NCBI GenBank assembly: GCA_020854105.1
Contig: JADZGB010000010.1
Span: 149,518-213,517 of the forward strand
Direction: 5' to 3'
Length of the DNA: 64,000 bases
Source of the DNA: Burkholderiales bacterium
GTDB taxonomy: Bacteria > Pseudomonadota > Gammaproteobacteria > Burkholderiales > SHXO01
Shown: positions 48,985-58,310 of the stretch, piece after piece
Position numbering within the stretch: the stretch's first letter is position 1
Layout: each line of letters opens with the position of its first letter
Translations under genes and position numbers: made by a program
The notes under the pieces: generated by a model
The model's input: the letters and a program-made list of their open reading frames with translations, nothing else
Database searches by the model: none
Told to the model about the DNA's origin: nothing

Positions 48985-49551
48985 TCACCAGAGCGAACGT
49001 TCGGCGCGCGGCTCTTGTGCTTCTCCGCTGAGCACGCGACGCAGCAGCTGTTCCTGCGGTCCGGAGAAGGTCTCGGGACGGCAGTTGGCAGCCGCGAAGA
49101 AGCGATCGGGATCGTTCTCCAGGAGCAGCTTCTGCGCAAGCATCAGATCGGAGAGCGGCACGAACGCCTCGGTCGTGCAGCAGTAGAGGTTTCCCGTCTG
49201 CAGATGGATGACATTGAAGGTCGAGCGCGGAAGGATGCAGAAGGTGCCCCGCTCGGGCACGCGCACGGTGAAGCAGCCGTGCCTGTCCAGCTCGTGCAAC
49301 TGCCGGGCGCTGAGCAGGCGCGTCAGCAGGCGTCGCGCGCGCGCCTCGGATACGCGCGAGCGAGCGGTCGCCGCATCGCCGATCCAGCGTGCATCGAGCG
49401 CCAGATCGCGACGGTCCGCCAGATCCAGGAGTTCGGGCTGGCCGTCGCGCCGCATACCTCGCAACGCCCGGCTCCAACGCCTGATCAGTTCCAGCATGGC
49501 AGACGTCGGATCGCTCCAGGAGAGGCGCGCGAACCTGCCGCGCGCCTGCAC
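48985..49551 (-). CDS. Hypothetical 188-aa protein, translationally coupled to the upstream GG-terminal small protein
   Basis: GTG lies 4 nt after the upstream stop. GC3 is high throughout. Cys-containing segments include RHGCFTVRVPERGTFCILPRSTFNVIHLQTGNLYCCTTEAF. No family recognised. Confidence 0.5.
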   Translation of the reverse strand: MQARGRFARLSWSDPTSAMLELIRRWSRALRGMRRDGQPELLDLADRRDLALDARWIGDAATARSRVSEARARRLLTRLLSARQLHELDRHGCFTVRVPERGTFCILPRSTFNVIHLQTGNLYCCTTEAFVPLSDLMLAQKLLLENDPDRFFAAANCRPETFSGPQEQLLRRVLSGEAQEPRAERSLW

Positions 49552-49555
49552 TGGT

Positions 49556-49792
49556 TCAACCGCCGACCACGCGCGGAACGATCACCGTCTCGTTCTCGAG
49601 CGCGTTGAAGTCGGCCACCTTCTCGTCCACGCGGCCTTCGCCGCGATTGACCTTGAAGGCGACCGAGCCCGACGTCAGCATGCACTCGAACAGCGCCTTG
49701 GCCTCGCGCTGTGCGGTGAGCGTCGCGTCGCTCTCGTCGAACTCGATGACGCGATCACCCGTGGAATCCAAGACACGCAACACTTTCATCAT
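49556..49792 (-). CDS. 78-aa protein with a MoaD/ThiS-like (beta-grasp-like) pattern ending in Gly-Gly
   Basis: GAGGAG RBS before ATGATG at 49792. MMKVLRVLDSTGDRVIEFDE...AKALFECML...VAFKVN...ETVIVPRVVGG-stop. The beta-beta-alpha-beta layout and the xPxVxGG end resemble MoaD (…EVAFFPPVTGG). Confidence 0.55.
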   Translation of the reverse strand: MMKVLRVLDSTGDRVIEFDESDATLTAQREAKALFECMLTSGSVAFKVNRGEGRVDEKVADFNALENETVIVPRVVGG

Positions 49793-49914
49793 CGTCTCCT
49801 CTACTGCTGGGCCCGAACATATCGACACGAAAGGGGAGGAGCAATCCCCGCTCCCGCGTGCGGGGCGGATGCCCACGCGGGAGTAGCGGCAAGCACAGCG
49901 CCCGGTGTTTGGGC

Positions 49915-49985
49915 GTGATTGGTGATTGATGACGGGTGATGGCGATGGGTGATGGGTGATGGGTGATGGGTGAATGATGATTGAT
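49915..49985. repeat. GGTGAT/GGGTGAT-type tandem microrepeat tract
   Basis: GTGATTGGTGATTGATGACGGGTGATGGCGATGGGTGATGGGTGATGGGTGAATGATGATTGATGGAGGG. Three consecutive GGGTGAT units start at 49947. The tract lies in the divergent promoter region between 49792(-) and folE(+). Confidence 0.75.
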
Positions 49986-50093
49986 GGAGGGATATCGGCG
50001 CGGGGTGCGGGTAGTATTTTCACTGGCCATGGCGCACGGCTGCACATCGGAAACACCGTACACTCGCAATCGGCAACGAAGGAGAAGGGACGC

Positions 50094-50780
50094 ATGGCGC
50101 ACGAGGAGGAAGCAAGGGTGTCGGCGCGGATTCGCGCGCGGCTGATCGCGGCGAACCGTCGCTTCCACGCGAACGACAACATTGCCGAGTTCATCGACGC
50201 AGAGGCGGAGCTGCACGGCCTGGAAGCGGAGGTCGCGCAGCGGCTCCAGGACGTGCTCGACGCGCTGGTGATCGACTCGTCCGGCGACCACAACACGCGG
50301 GGCACGGCGCGGCGCGTGGCGCGCATGTTCGTGCACGAGGTCTTCCGTGGCCGCTATTACCCGATGCCGCAGATCACCGAGTTCCCCAACGCCGAGCGTC
50401 TGAACGAGCTGATGATCGTCGGCCCGATCCGCGTGCGAAGCGCCTGCTCGCACCATCTGGTGCCGATCCTGGGCAAGCTGTGGGTGGGCGTGTTGCCCAG
50501 CGAGTCGTCGAGCCTCGTGGGACTGTCGAAGTACTCGCGCATGGCGGAATGGATCATGAGCCGGCCCCAGATCCAGGAGGAGGCGATGATGCAGCTCGCG
50601 GACCTGATGGAGTCGCGCCTGCGCCCGGAGGGACTCGCCCTCGTGCTCGAGGCAGACCATTTCTGCATGCACTGGCGCGGCGTGAAGGACGAATCCCACA
50701 TGATCAACAGCATCATGCGCGGGACCTTCCTCACCAATCCCGAATCGCGCAAGGAGTTCCTGCAACTGGTTCGCGGCTAG
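50094..50780 (+). CDS. folE: GTP cyclohydrolase I
   Basis: AAGGAGAAGGG RBS. TRGTARRVARMF, VRSACSHHLVPILGKLWVGVLP, LSKYSRMAEWIMSRPQIQEE and LEADHFCMHWRGV are FolE type-1 motifs. Confidence 0.9.
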   Translation: MAHEEEARVSARIRARLIAANRRFHANDNIAEFIDAEAELHGLEAEVAQRLQDVLDALVIDSSGDHNTRGTARRVARMFVHEVFRGRYYPMPQITEFPNAERLNELMIVGPIRVRSACSHHLVPILGKLWVGVLPSESSSLVGLSKYSRMAEWIMSRPQIQEEAMMQLADLMESRLRPEGLALVLEADHFCMHWRGVKDESHMINSIMRGTFLTNPESRKEFLQLVRG

Positions 50781-50906
50781 CCTCGTCCGAACAGGTCTCA
50801 CCGGCACCGCCGCGCCCTGTCCCTGCCCGTGCGCGACGCATCGAACGGACGCGAACACCTGCGCGCTGCGCGCGCGGATCGGCCGGGATGATGGAGCGTT
50901 TCCTGC

Positions 50907-51434
50907 TTGGTGGCTGGCGAGCCAGCCGGGACCGCAGCGAGCCCGGCCCTGGTCATCGACCGATACTTCGAGATGTTCCGCCGCATGAACAGAGAACCGG
51001 ACAGCGCCGAGGCGGCCCAGACCCACGAACGCCCGGGCCCGGCTTCCGACACCGCAGAACGACGCGCGGCCGAGCGCACGCGCGTGAGCGAGCCGGCTTT
51101 GGTCGAGACACCGGATCGCGACATGCCGGTGCGCCTGCTGGAGGTGTCGGCCGACGGGGCGCGCATTCAGCTCGAGGCGGGCATCGAGTTCGAGGGCGAC
51201 GAGGTCGCGCTCACCATCCCCTTCACCCGCGATCCGGCCGAGGCCGAGCGATTCGTGGCGCGTGTGGTCCGACGCAGCGGCAACGTGCTCGGCCTGCAGT
51301 GGATCGAGGCCCCTTCCTTCGACGCCCGCTTCAAGATCGCCCGCCTGATGGAGCGCGAGCGCGGCTGCCCTACGGTGGTGATCGGTGCGCTGCCGATGCT
51401 GCAGTGGCCCGCGGCACGCGCGCGCCAGCGCTGA
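50907..51434 (+). CDS. PilZ-domain protein
   Basis: ERRAAERTRV (RxxxR) and LEVSADGARIQL (xxSxxG) are spaced as in the PilZ c-di-GMP binding motif. The start is uncertain: TTG 50907 or ATG 50973. Confidence 0.6.
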   Translation: MVAGEPAGTAASPALVIDRYFEMFRRMNREPDSAEAAQTHERPGPASDTAERRAAERTRVSEPALVETPDRDMPVRLLEVSADGARIQLEAGIEFEGDEVALTIPFTRDPAEAERFVARVVRRSGNVLGLQWIEAPSFDARFKIARLMERERGCPTVVIGALPMLQWPAARARQR

Positions 51435-51632
51435 TTCCCACGTGCGCGGTTGGATCGCGCCCGGCATTGCCGACTCGGACAATACCATTCGCATTGCGGC
51501 CGCCTATGCGGCAGGTACTCGGCAGGATGCGCGAGACACCGGCCGTGCATGGGGAGGGAGACCGGGGCGCTGCTTCCGGCCACCGGTCCAATCGATGCCG
51601 GTCGCCAGTGCCGGCGAAGCCGCACCCGCAAC

Positions 51633-51660
51633 AAAAAAAGCGGCGGCCCGGGGCCGCCGC
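51633..51660 (-). terminator. Rho-independent terminator oriented for the minus strand
   Basis: The minus strand reads GCGGCGGCCCCGGGCCGCCGC followed by TTTTTTT: a GC-rich stem (51640-51660) and a 7-nt U tract (A7 at 51633-51639 on the plus strand). No annotated minus-strand CDS lies upstream of it. Confidence 0.65.
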
Positions 51661-51985
51661 AATTCCCTACCTCGAAGCGCCGTTGTCGACTACCTTGTTG
51701 TCCCGACAAGCGTCCTGACCGCTTCTGCAGTGTCGCTGCACGGGCAGAGCCGCTGCGCCGGCGACCCGTCCCTGATCGAAAGAGTTCTCCTCCCCCTTCG
51801 ATTCCTGCCGGACGCGTCGTGTGGCCGACGCTGCGATCCGGACCGAGCGGTACCCTAGCACTTCACCGGGGTCCGCGCCACACCCGGAAACGGCGTGCGG
51901 ACGGCTCTTTTGCACTGCATCGTCGCGGAAATTGCGACGTGTACCCACAGGAACTCCCAGAGTTTTTCTTGCGACGCACCATACG

Positions 51986-52570
51986 ATGACCACGAACCGC
52001 CTGCCCCCTGACGCTGCCGAACTCCTCGATTTCTGGTTCGGCATGGAGACGCCCCTGCAGCCGCGCAAGATCTGGTTCGCCAAGGATCCGGCCTTCGACC
52101 GGGCCTGCCATGAGCGCTTCGCGGGCACGCACGCGCGCGCCGCGGCCGGCGAACTCGACCACTGGGCCCACACGCCGGACGGTGCGCTGGCGCTGGTCGT
52201 GCTCCTCGACCAGTTGTCGCGCAACATGTTCCGCGACACGCCGGCGGCGTTCGCCCAGGACGCGCGCGCCCTTGCAGTCGCGCAGGGCGCCATCGCGCAG
52301 GGCTTCGACCTTGCCCTGCCGGCGCTTCGGCGCATGTTCCTGTATCTGCCGTTCGAACACAGCGAGGACATGGCGCATCAGGCCCGCTCCGTGGAACTGT
52401 TCGAGTCCCTGCGCGGTCATCCCTGGCTGGACGAGGCGATCGACTATGCGCACCGCCATCACGAAGTGATCGAGCGCTTCGGCCGCTTTCCCCACCGCAA
52501 CGCCATCCTCGGCCGGTCCAGCACCCCCGGCGAACTGGACTACCTAACCGCGCCGGGCGCCGGGTTCTGA
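51986..52570 (+). CDS. DUF924 family protein
   Basis: LLDFWFG, WFAKDPAFD, LALVVLLDQLSRNMFR, FLYLPFEHSED and RFGRFPHRNAILGR are the DUF924 signature. Confidence 0.85.
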   Translation: MTTNRLPPDAAELLDFWFGMETPLQPRKIWFAKDPAFDRACHERFAGTHARAAAGELDHWAHTPDGALALVVLLDQLSRNMFRDTPAAFAQDARALAVAQGAIAQGFDLALPALRRMFLYLPFEHSEDMAHQARSVELFESLRGHPWLDEAIDYAHRHHEVIERFGRFPHRNAILGRSSTPGELDYLTAPGAGF

Positions 52571-52669
52571 CGCCGCGTTCGACCGCGCAGTTCGTGGAGC
52601 GGCGGCGCGAGACGGGTATACTGCGGCGCGACCGTACGGCGCCGCTGCGTACATCGCGGCCCAGCCCAC

Positions 52670-53671
52670 ATGACATCCCCCACCGGAACATCGGCAAACC
52701 CCTCCCCGACCACCGCGCTCGACAGTGCCCGGCGCGTGCTGCGCATCGAGTCCGAGGCGGTCGCCGCGCTGTCGGCGCGCCTGGACGAGCGCTTCGAGCG
52801 CGCGGTGCGGTTGATCCTCGACTGTACCGGGCGAACGGTGGTGAGCGGCATGGGAAAGTCCGGCCACGTGGCGAGCAAGATCGCCTCGACCCTGGCGAGC
52901 ACGGGAACGCCCGCCTTCTTCGTGCATCCGGCAGAAGCCAGCCACGGCGACCTCGGCATGATCACCGCGCAGGACGTGATGATTGCCCTGTCGAACTCCG
53001 GAGAGAGCGCCGAGGTGGTGGCGATCGTGCCGCTCGCGAAGCGGCGCGGGGCCCGCATCATCGCCATGACCGGCAACCCGCGCTCGTCGCTCGCGCGCGA
53101 AGCGGACGTGCATCTGGATGCCGGCGTGGCGGAGGAGGCCTGCCCGCTCGGCCTGGCGCCCACCGCGAGCACCACCGCCGCGCTCGCGCTCGGCGATGCG
53201 CTGGCCGTGGCGCTGCTGGAGGCGCGCGGCTTCGGCACGGAGGATTTCGCGCGCTCGCATCCCGGCGGCGCGCTGGGCAAACGGCTGCTCACCCACGTGA
53301 GCGACGTGATGCGCAGTGGCGAGGCGATGCCCGCCGTGCACAGCGGGGCGCCGCTCTCGGAAGCGATCCTGGAGATCTCGCGCAAGGGCATGGGCATGAC
53401 CGCGGTACTCGATGCCCAGGGCACGGTGGCCGGCATCTTCACCGACGGCGACCTGCGGCGGGCGCTGGACCGCGGCGTGGACCTGCGCCAGGTCAGCGTG
53501 GACGAGGTGATGGGCCGCCATCCGCGCACCATCCAGGCCGAGCGCCTGGCGGTGGAGGCGGTGCGGCTGATGGAGCAGCACCGGATCAGCCAGATCCTGG
53601 TCGTGGACGCGAACCAGTCCCTGATCGGGGCACTCAACATGCACGATCTGTTCAAGTCAGGTGTCCTCTGA
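52670..53671 (+). CDS. kdsD: Arabinose-5-phosphate isomerase
   Basis: SIS domain (VVSGMGKSGHVASKIASTLASTGTPAFFVHPAEASHGDLG, SNSGES) plus tandem CBS domains. Confidence 0.9.
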   Translation: MTSPTGTSANPSPTTALDSARRVLRIESEAVAALSARLDERFERAVRLILDCTGRTVVSGMGKSGHVASKIASTLASTGTPAFFVHPAEASHGDLGMITAQDVMIALSNSGESAEVVAIVPLAKRRGARIIAMTGNPRSSLAREADVHLDAGVAEEACPLGLAPTASTTAALALGDALAVALLEARGFGTEDFARSHPGGALGKRLLTHVSDVMRSGEAMPAVHSGAPLSEAILEISRKGMGMTAVLDAQGTVAGIFTDGDLRRALDRGVDLRQVSVDEVMGRHPRTIQAERLAVEAVRLMEQHRISQILVVDANQSLIGALNMHDLFKSGVL

Positions 53672-54210
53672 GCGCCGCGTCGCGCGTTGAGTCGGTACGT
53701 GCACGGGCGCGAGCGGTCCGCCTGCTGGTTCTCGACGTGGACGGCGTGCTGACCGACGGATCGCTGCACTACACCAGCGCGGGCGAGGAAGTGAAGGCGT
53801 TCGACATCCAGGACGGACTGGGCATCAAGCTGCTGCAGGACGGCGGCGTGGCGGTGGCGATCATCACCGGCCGCCGCTCGCCCATGGTGGAGCGGCGCGC
53901 ACTCGAGCTGGGAATCGCGCACGTGGTGCAGGGGACCGAGGACAAGCTGGCCGCGTTCGAGCACCTGTTGGCCGAGACCGGGCTGCCCCCGGAGAGCGTT
54001 GCCTGCATGGGCGATGATCTGCCGGACGTGCCGCTGCTGCGCCGCTGTGCGCTCGCCGCGACCGTGCCGGATGCGCCGGAGACGGTCAAGGCGAACGCGC
54101 ATCTGGTCACGCAGCGACGTGGCGGCCGCGGCGCGGTGCGCGAGGTGTGCGAGATGATCCTGGCGGCGCAGGACAAGCTGGACCGCGCATTGGAACGATA
54201 CCTGCGTTGA
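53668..54210 (+). CDS. kdsC: 3-deoxy-D-manno-octulosonate 8-phosphate phosphatase; start codon unresolved
   Basis: VRLLVLDVDGVLTDG, DGLGIKLL, ITGRRS and MGDDLPD are HAD/KdsC motifs. No in-frame ATG, GTG or TTG exists between the kdsD stop and the DVDG motif. The 5' coordinate given is an in-frame CTG and is only a placeholder. Confidence 0.75.
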   Translation: MSAASRVESVRARARAVRLLVLDVDGVLTDGSLHYTSAGEEVKAFDIQDGLGIKLLQDGGVAVAIITGRRSPMVERRALELGIAHVVQGTEDKLAAFEHLLAETGLPPESVACMGDDLPDVPLLRRCALAATVPDAPETVKANAHLVTQRRGGRGAVREVCEMILAAQDKLDRALERYLR

Positions 54211-54818
54211 AGGACCGCTGGCTCGCCTATGCGCCCATCCTCCTGCTGGCCGGACTGGCGGGTCTGAGCTACTGGCTCGACCAGCGCGTGCAGCCGGTGC
54301 AGGACGGCACCGCCAGCGCTGGCAGGGACCGTCCGGACTTCATCGTCGACGAGGTGCACGCAACGCGCATGGACCTCAGCGGCCATCCCCGCTACGTCCT
54401 GCACGCGAAGCGCATGACGCACTACCGGGCCGGGGACACGCAGGCGGTGCTGGATGCCCCCACCCTCACCCATTTCGACGAGAATCGCGTGCCGCTCACC
54501 ATCCGCGCCAACGAGGGTCGGCTTTCCAGCGACGGGGATCATGCCTATTTCATCGGTGACGTGGTGGTGAAGCAGCCGGCCAGCCACGAGCGCGAGGAGA
54601 TGACGATGCTCACCAGCTTCCTGCACGTCATCCCGGATGCGAATCTGGCCAAGACCGACAAGGCCGTGACCTTGATCAAGGGCAATAGCACCGTGAAGTC
54701 CGTTGGCCTAGAATTCAACAATGAGACTCGCACGGTCAAACTGCTCTCCAATGTGCGCGGCACGCTGGAGACGCCAGCCAAGGCAGCCCTCCCCTGGGAC
54801 CGCCGTCCGCCCCGCTGA
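54207..54818 (+). CDS. lptC: LPS export protein LptC
   Basis: The TTG overlaps the kdsC stop (TTGA). N-terminal anchor KDRWLAYAPILLLAGLAGLSYWL and position between kdsC and lptA. Confidence 0.8.
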   Translation: MKDRWLAYAPILLLAGLAGLSYWLDQRVQPVQDGTASAGRDRPDFIVDEVHATRMDLSGHPRYVLHAKRMTHYRAGDTQAVLDAPTLTHFDENRVPLTIRANEGRLSSDGDHAYFIGDVVVKQPASHEREEMTMLTSFLHVIPDANLAKTDKAVTLIKGNSTVKSVGLEFNNETRTVKLLSNVRGTLETPAKAALPWDRRPPR

Positions 54819-54839
54819 AGCGATCGGCGAACGTCGCCC

Positions 54840-55466
54840 ATGACACGTACACCCGCCTGTTTGCGCCCGCACGCGATCGCACTGCTGGCCGTGCTGCTGT
54901 CGCCCTGCGCCCAGGCGGAGCTGGCCGACCGCGACAAGCCGGTCAACATCGAGGCCAACCGCCTGTCGATCGACGACAAGAAGAAGGAAAGCGTGTTCGA
55001 GGGCAACGTCACCATGACCCAGGGCACGCTCACCCTGCGCGCGGATCGCGTGTTCGTGCGTCAGGACGCCGAGGGCTTCAACCATGCCATCGCGTTCGGC
55101 CGTCCCGCCCACTTCAGGCAGAAGCGCGAAGGCACCGACGAGTACATCGAGGGCTTTGCCGAGCGCATGGAGTACGACGGCAAGCAGGACAAGGTGCAGC
55201 TGTTCACCAACGCCCACGTGAAGAAGGGCGTCGACGAGGTCAGGGGCGACTACATCTCCTATGACGCCGTCACGGAGTACTACCAGGTGATCGGCGGCGG
55301 ACCGGCGGCTGCCAGTACCGCCAATCCGCAGGGCCGGGTGCGCGCGGTGATCCAGCCCAAGCGCAGGGATGGCGAATCGGTGCTGCCGGAGCGCAGGCGC
55401 GAGGACGCCGGCGGCGCGGCCGCGCCGGTACCGCTGCGGCCCTCCACGGGCGTCGGCGCCCGGTGA
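54840..55466 (+). CDS. lptA: LPS transport periplasmic protein LptA
   Basis: Signal peptide, then the OstA-like pattern ([39 protein letters not shown]...). Confidence 0.85.
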   Translation: MTRTPACLRPHAIALLAVLLSPCAQAELADRDKPVNIEANRLSIDDKKKESVFEGNVTMTQGTLTLRADRVFVRQDAEGFNHAIAFGRPAHFRQKREGTDEYIEGFAERMEYDGKQDKVQLFTNAHVKKGVDEVRGDYISYDAVTEYYQVIGGGPAAASTANPQGRVRAVIQPKRRDGESVLPERRREDAGGAAAPVPLRPSTGVGAR

Positions 55467-55483
55467 ACGCGGGGAGCCGCGAA

Positions 55484-56248
55484 ATGGCAGCCCTGAGCGC
55501 GGCGGAGGGCCGCGGCGTCCTGCCGCGGTCCGAGCTGAGGGTCGAGCAGCTGCACAAGCGCTTCAAGGCGCGCACGGTGGTCAAGGACGTGTCCCTGCAG
55601 GTGCTCAGCGGCGAGGTCGTCGGGCTGCTGGGCCCGAACGGGGCCGGCAAGACCACCTGTTTCTACATGATCGTCGGGCTCATCGCGAGCGACGGCGGCC
55701 GGATCATTCTCGATCAAAAGAATCTGAACCGGATGCCGATACATAACCGTGCGCGAATGGGCCTGGCGTATCTGCCCCAGGAAGCCTCCATCTTCCGGAA
55801 GCTGACGGTGGCGGAGAACATCAAGGCGGTGCTGGAGTTGCGGCTGGACGAACGCGACGCGATCGAGGAGCAGCTCGAGGTGCTGCTCAACGACCTGCAC
55901 ATCGCCCATCTGCGCAACAGCCCGGCGGTGAGCCTGTCGGGCGGCGAGCGGCGGCGCGTGGAAATCGCGCGGGCGCTGGCGACGCATCCACGCTTCATCC
56001 TGCTGGACGAACCGTTCGCAGGCGTGGATCCGATCGCGGTGCTCGACATCCAGCGCATCATCCGGTTCTTGAAGGAAAGGCAGATCGGCGTGCTGATTAC
56101 GGATCACAACGTGCGGGAAACCCTCGGAATCTGCGACCGGGCCTACATCATCAACGACGGCACCGTGCTGGCGTCCGGGGCGCCAGACGAGATCGTCTAT
56201 AATGAAAGCGTGAGAAGGGTGTATCTCGGCGAGCATTTCCGACTCTAG
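55484..56248 (+). CDS. lptB: LPS export ABC transporter ATP-binding protein LptB
   Basis: [58 protein letters not shown]. An alternative GTG lies at 55463. Confidence 0.9.
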   Translation: MAALSAAEGRGVLPRSELRVEQLHKRFKARTVVKDVSLQVLSGEVVGLLGPNGAGKTTCFYMIVGLIASDGGRIILDQKNLNRMPIHNRARMGLAYLPQEASIFRKLTVAENIKAVLELRLDERDAIEEQLEVLLNDLHIAHLRNSPAVSLSGGERRRVEIARALATHPRFILLDEPFAGVDPIAVLDIQRIIRFLKERQIGVLITDHNVRETLGICDRAYIINDGTVLASGAPDEIVYNESVRRVYLGEHFRL

Positions 56249-56303
56249 CGACAGTGTCACATCCTCTGCCCGAGCCGGATCACCAGCGACGCCTCAAGCC
56301 CTC

Positions 56304-57758
56304 ATGAAGCACTCCCTCCAGCTCAAGCTGTCGCAGCATCTCACGCTGACGCCCCAGCTCCAGCAATCGATCCGCCTGCTACAGCTGTCCACTCTCGAGC
56401 TGAACTCGGAGATCGAGCGGTTCCTGCAGGACAATCCACTGCTCGAGCGCGAGGAAGGCAGCGAGGAGGAGGCCGCACCGCAGCCGGTGAGCATGATCAA
56501 CACCGCGGCCGAGGCCCCCGCTGCCACGGCCACCACCACGACCTCCTCCACCAGCGAGGAAGGCGAAGGACAGGACAATCGCGAGCCGGAGATCGACTGG
56601 CTGCGCGACGACTCGGGCAGCTACGGCGGCCACGACGGCGACGACGATTCCGACTTCCCGCAGGTGGCGGCCACCTCGCAGAGCCTGCGCGAACATCTGC
56701 TGTGGCAGGTCAATCTGCTCAAGCTGTCCGAGCGCGACAAGCGCATCGTCACCCTGCTGGTGGACACGCTCGATGACGACGGCTACCTCACGCAGGAGCT
56801 GGAAGAGATCACCGAGATGCTGCCCGAAGAGATCGGGATCGACCTCGACGACCTGCAGATCGGACTGAAGCACGTCCAGCAGCTCGAGCCCGCCGGCGTG
56901 GGCGCGCGCAGCCTGTCCGAGTGTCTGGCATTGCAGCTGCACGCGCTGCCGCCCGACACGCCGTTTCGCTGCGAGGCGCTGACGCTGGTGCGCGAGCACC
57001 TCGACCTGCTGGCCGTACGCGACTACTCCAAGCTCAAGAAGCTGCTCAAGTGCACCGACGACATCCTGCGCGGCACGCAGCAGCTCATCACCAGCCTGAA
57101 TCCGCGTCCGGGCGGCAGCTTCTCCGACGAGGAAGCACGCTACATCGTGCCCGACGTGGTGGTGAAGAAGGTCAAGGGCATGTGGCGCGCCTCGCTCAAC
57201 CCGGACGCGATGCCCAAGCTGCGCATCAACCGCATGTACGCGGACATTTTGCACCGCAACCGCGATGCCAGCCTGCAGCAGCTGGCCGGGCAGCTGCAGG
57301 AAGCGAAGTGGCTGATCAAGAACGTACAGCAGCGCTTCGACACGATTCTGCGCGTATCGCAGGCGATCGTGGACCGCCAGCGCCACTTCTTCGAGCACGG
57401 CGAGGTCGCCATGCGCCCGCTGGTGCTGCGCGAGATCGCCGACACCCTCGGCCTGCACGAATCGACCGTGTCGCGGGTGACCACCCAGAAATTCATGCTC
57501 ACCCCGCGGGGCATCTTCGAACTCAAGTACTTCTTCGGCAGCCACGTGACCACCGAGACCGGCGGCGCCTGCTCCGCCACCGCCATCCGGGCGCTGATCA
57601 AGCAGCTGGTGGCCGAGGAGGACACGCGCAAGCCCCTGTCCGACAGCCAGATCTCGGAGATCCTCGGCAAGCAGGGCATCGTCGTGGCCCGCCGCACCAT
57701 TGCCAAGTACCGGGAATCCTTGCAGATCCTCCCGGTCAATCTCAGGAAGTCGATTTGA
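56304..57758 (+). CDS. rpoN: RNA polymerase sigma-54 factor
   Basis: N-terminal [23 protein letters not shown] and the C-terminal RpoN box [12 protein letters not shown]. Confidence 0.95.
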   Translation: MKHSLQLKLSQHLTLTPQLQQSIRLLQLSTLELNSEIERFLQDNPLLEREEGSEEEAAPQPVSMINTAAEAPAATATTTTSSTSEEGEGQDNREPEIDWLRDDSGSYGGHDGDDDSDFPQVAATSQSLREHLLWQVNLLKLSERDKRIVTLLVDTLDDDGYLTQELEEITEMLPEEIGIDLDDLQIGLKHVQQLEPAGVGARSLSECLALQLHALPPDTPFRCEALTLVREHLDLLAVRDYSKLKKLLKCTDDILRGTQQLITSLNPRPGGSFSDEEARYIVPDVVVKKVKGMWRASLNPDAMPKLRINRMYADILHRNRDASLQQLAGQLQEAKWLIKNVQQRFDTILRVSQAIVDRQRHFFEHGEVAMRPLVLREIADTLGLHESTVSRVTTQKFMLTPRGIFELKYFFGSHVTTETGGACSATAIRALIKQLVAEEDTRKPLSDSQISEILGKQGIVVARRTIAKYRESLQILPVNLRKSI

Positions 57759-57893
57759 CCACGCCGCAGCGGCCTCGCAGCGGCCTCGCAGCGGCACCCG
57801 CGCCCCGGCGCAGTTGCCGAGCACGGCCATATCCGCTAGGGTCGTGCCGCAGACGTCGTGGTCAGCCCATCAATACCAGAACAGGAGCGGCCG

Positions 57894-58217
57894 ATGAATC
57901 TGCAACTTACCGGGCATCACCTGGAGATCACGCCGGCGATCCGTGGCTACGTGACGTCCAAGCTGGAGCGCATCACCCGTCACTTCGATCAGGTGATCGA
58001 CGTTAATGTCATCATGTCGGTTGAAAAGCTGCAGCAGCGCATCGAAGCAAATGTTCACTTGCCGGGCAACGACATCTTCTGCGAGAGCATCGATGCAGAC
58101 ATGTACGCCGCTATCGACGGACTGGTCGACAAGCTGGATCGGCAGATCCTGCGGCACAAGGAGAAGATGGTCAGCCAGCGCTACGACGGAGCGGGCAGGC
58201 AGCGCGTCGTCGAGTGA
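57894..58217 (+). CDS. hpf: Ribosome hibernation promoting factor
   Basis: CAGGAG RBS. MNLQLTGHHLEITPAIRGYV...DMYAAIDGLVDKLDRQILRHKEK. Confidence 0.9.
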   Translation: MNLQLTGHHLEITPAIRGYVTSKLERITRHFDQVIDVNVIMSVEKLQQRIEANVHLPGNDIFCESIDADMYAAIDGLVDKLDRQILRHKEKMVSQRYDGAGRQRVVE

Positions 58218-58310
58218 GCGCCGCGCCGGTGCGCCGGACGGAACTGCCGCCCGGATCACGCGCTGCGCCGGACTCGCGATGGGCCTTCTTCCCCGGGCAG
58301 GCGTCACCCC

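Noticed and set aside
49915-49985. Considered whether the GGTGAT repeat tract, or any other repeat in the window, is a CRISPR array.
   Set aside because: The units are 6-7 bp and contiguous, with no spacers and no 24-48 bp repeat periodicity. No cas genes are present. No CRISPR array exists in this window.
51855-51923. 21-codon minus-strand ORF MQCKRAVRTPFPGVARTPVKC within the candidate sRNA region.
   Set aside because: It has no SD and is not obviously conserved-looking. I treat the region as a non-coding candidate instead.
57766-57796. 11-bp tandem repeat GCAGCGGCCTC x2.8 just after the rpoN stop.
   Set aside because: It is short and GC-rich, has no obvious structure or motif, and is probably a slippage duplication of no demonstrable function.
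57759-57893. Searched the rpoN-hpf spacer and other intergenic regions for sigma-54 (TGGCAC-N5-TTGC) promoters and for a GacA box near the candidate sRNA.
   Set aside because: No convincing match was found by eye. I did not call any promoter, because GC-rich sequence gives many partial matches.
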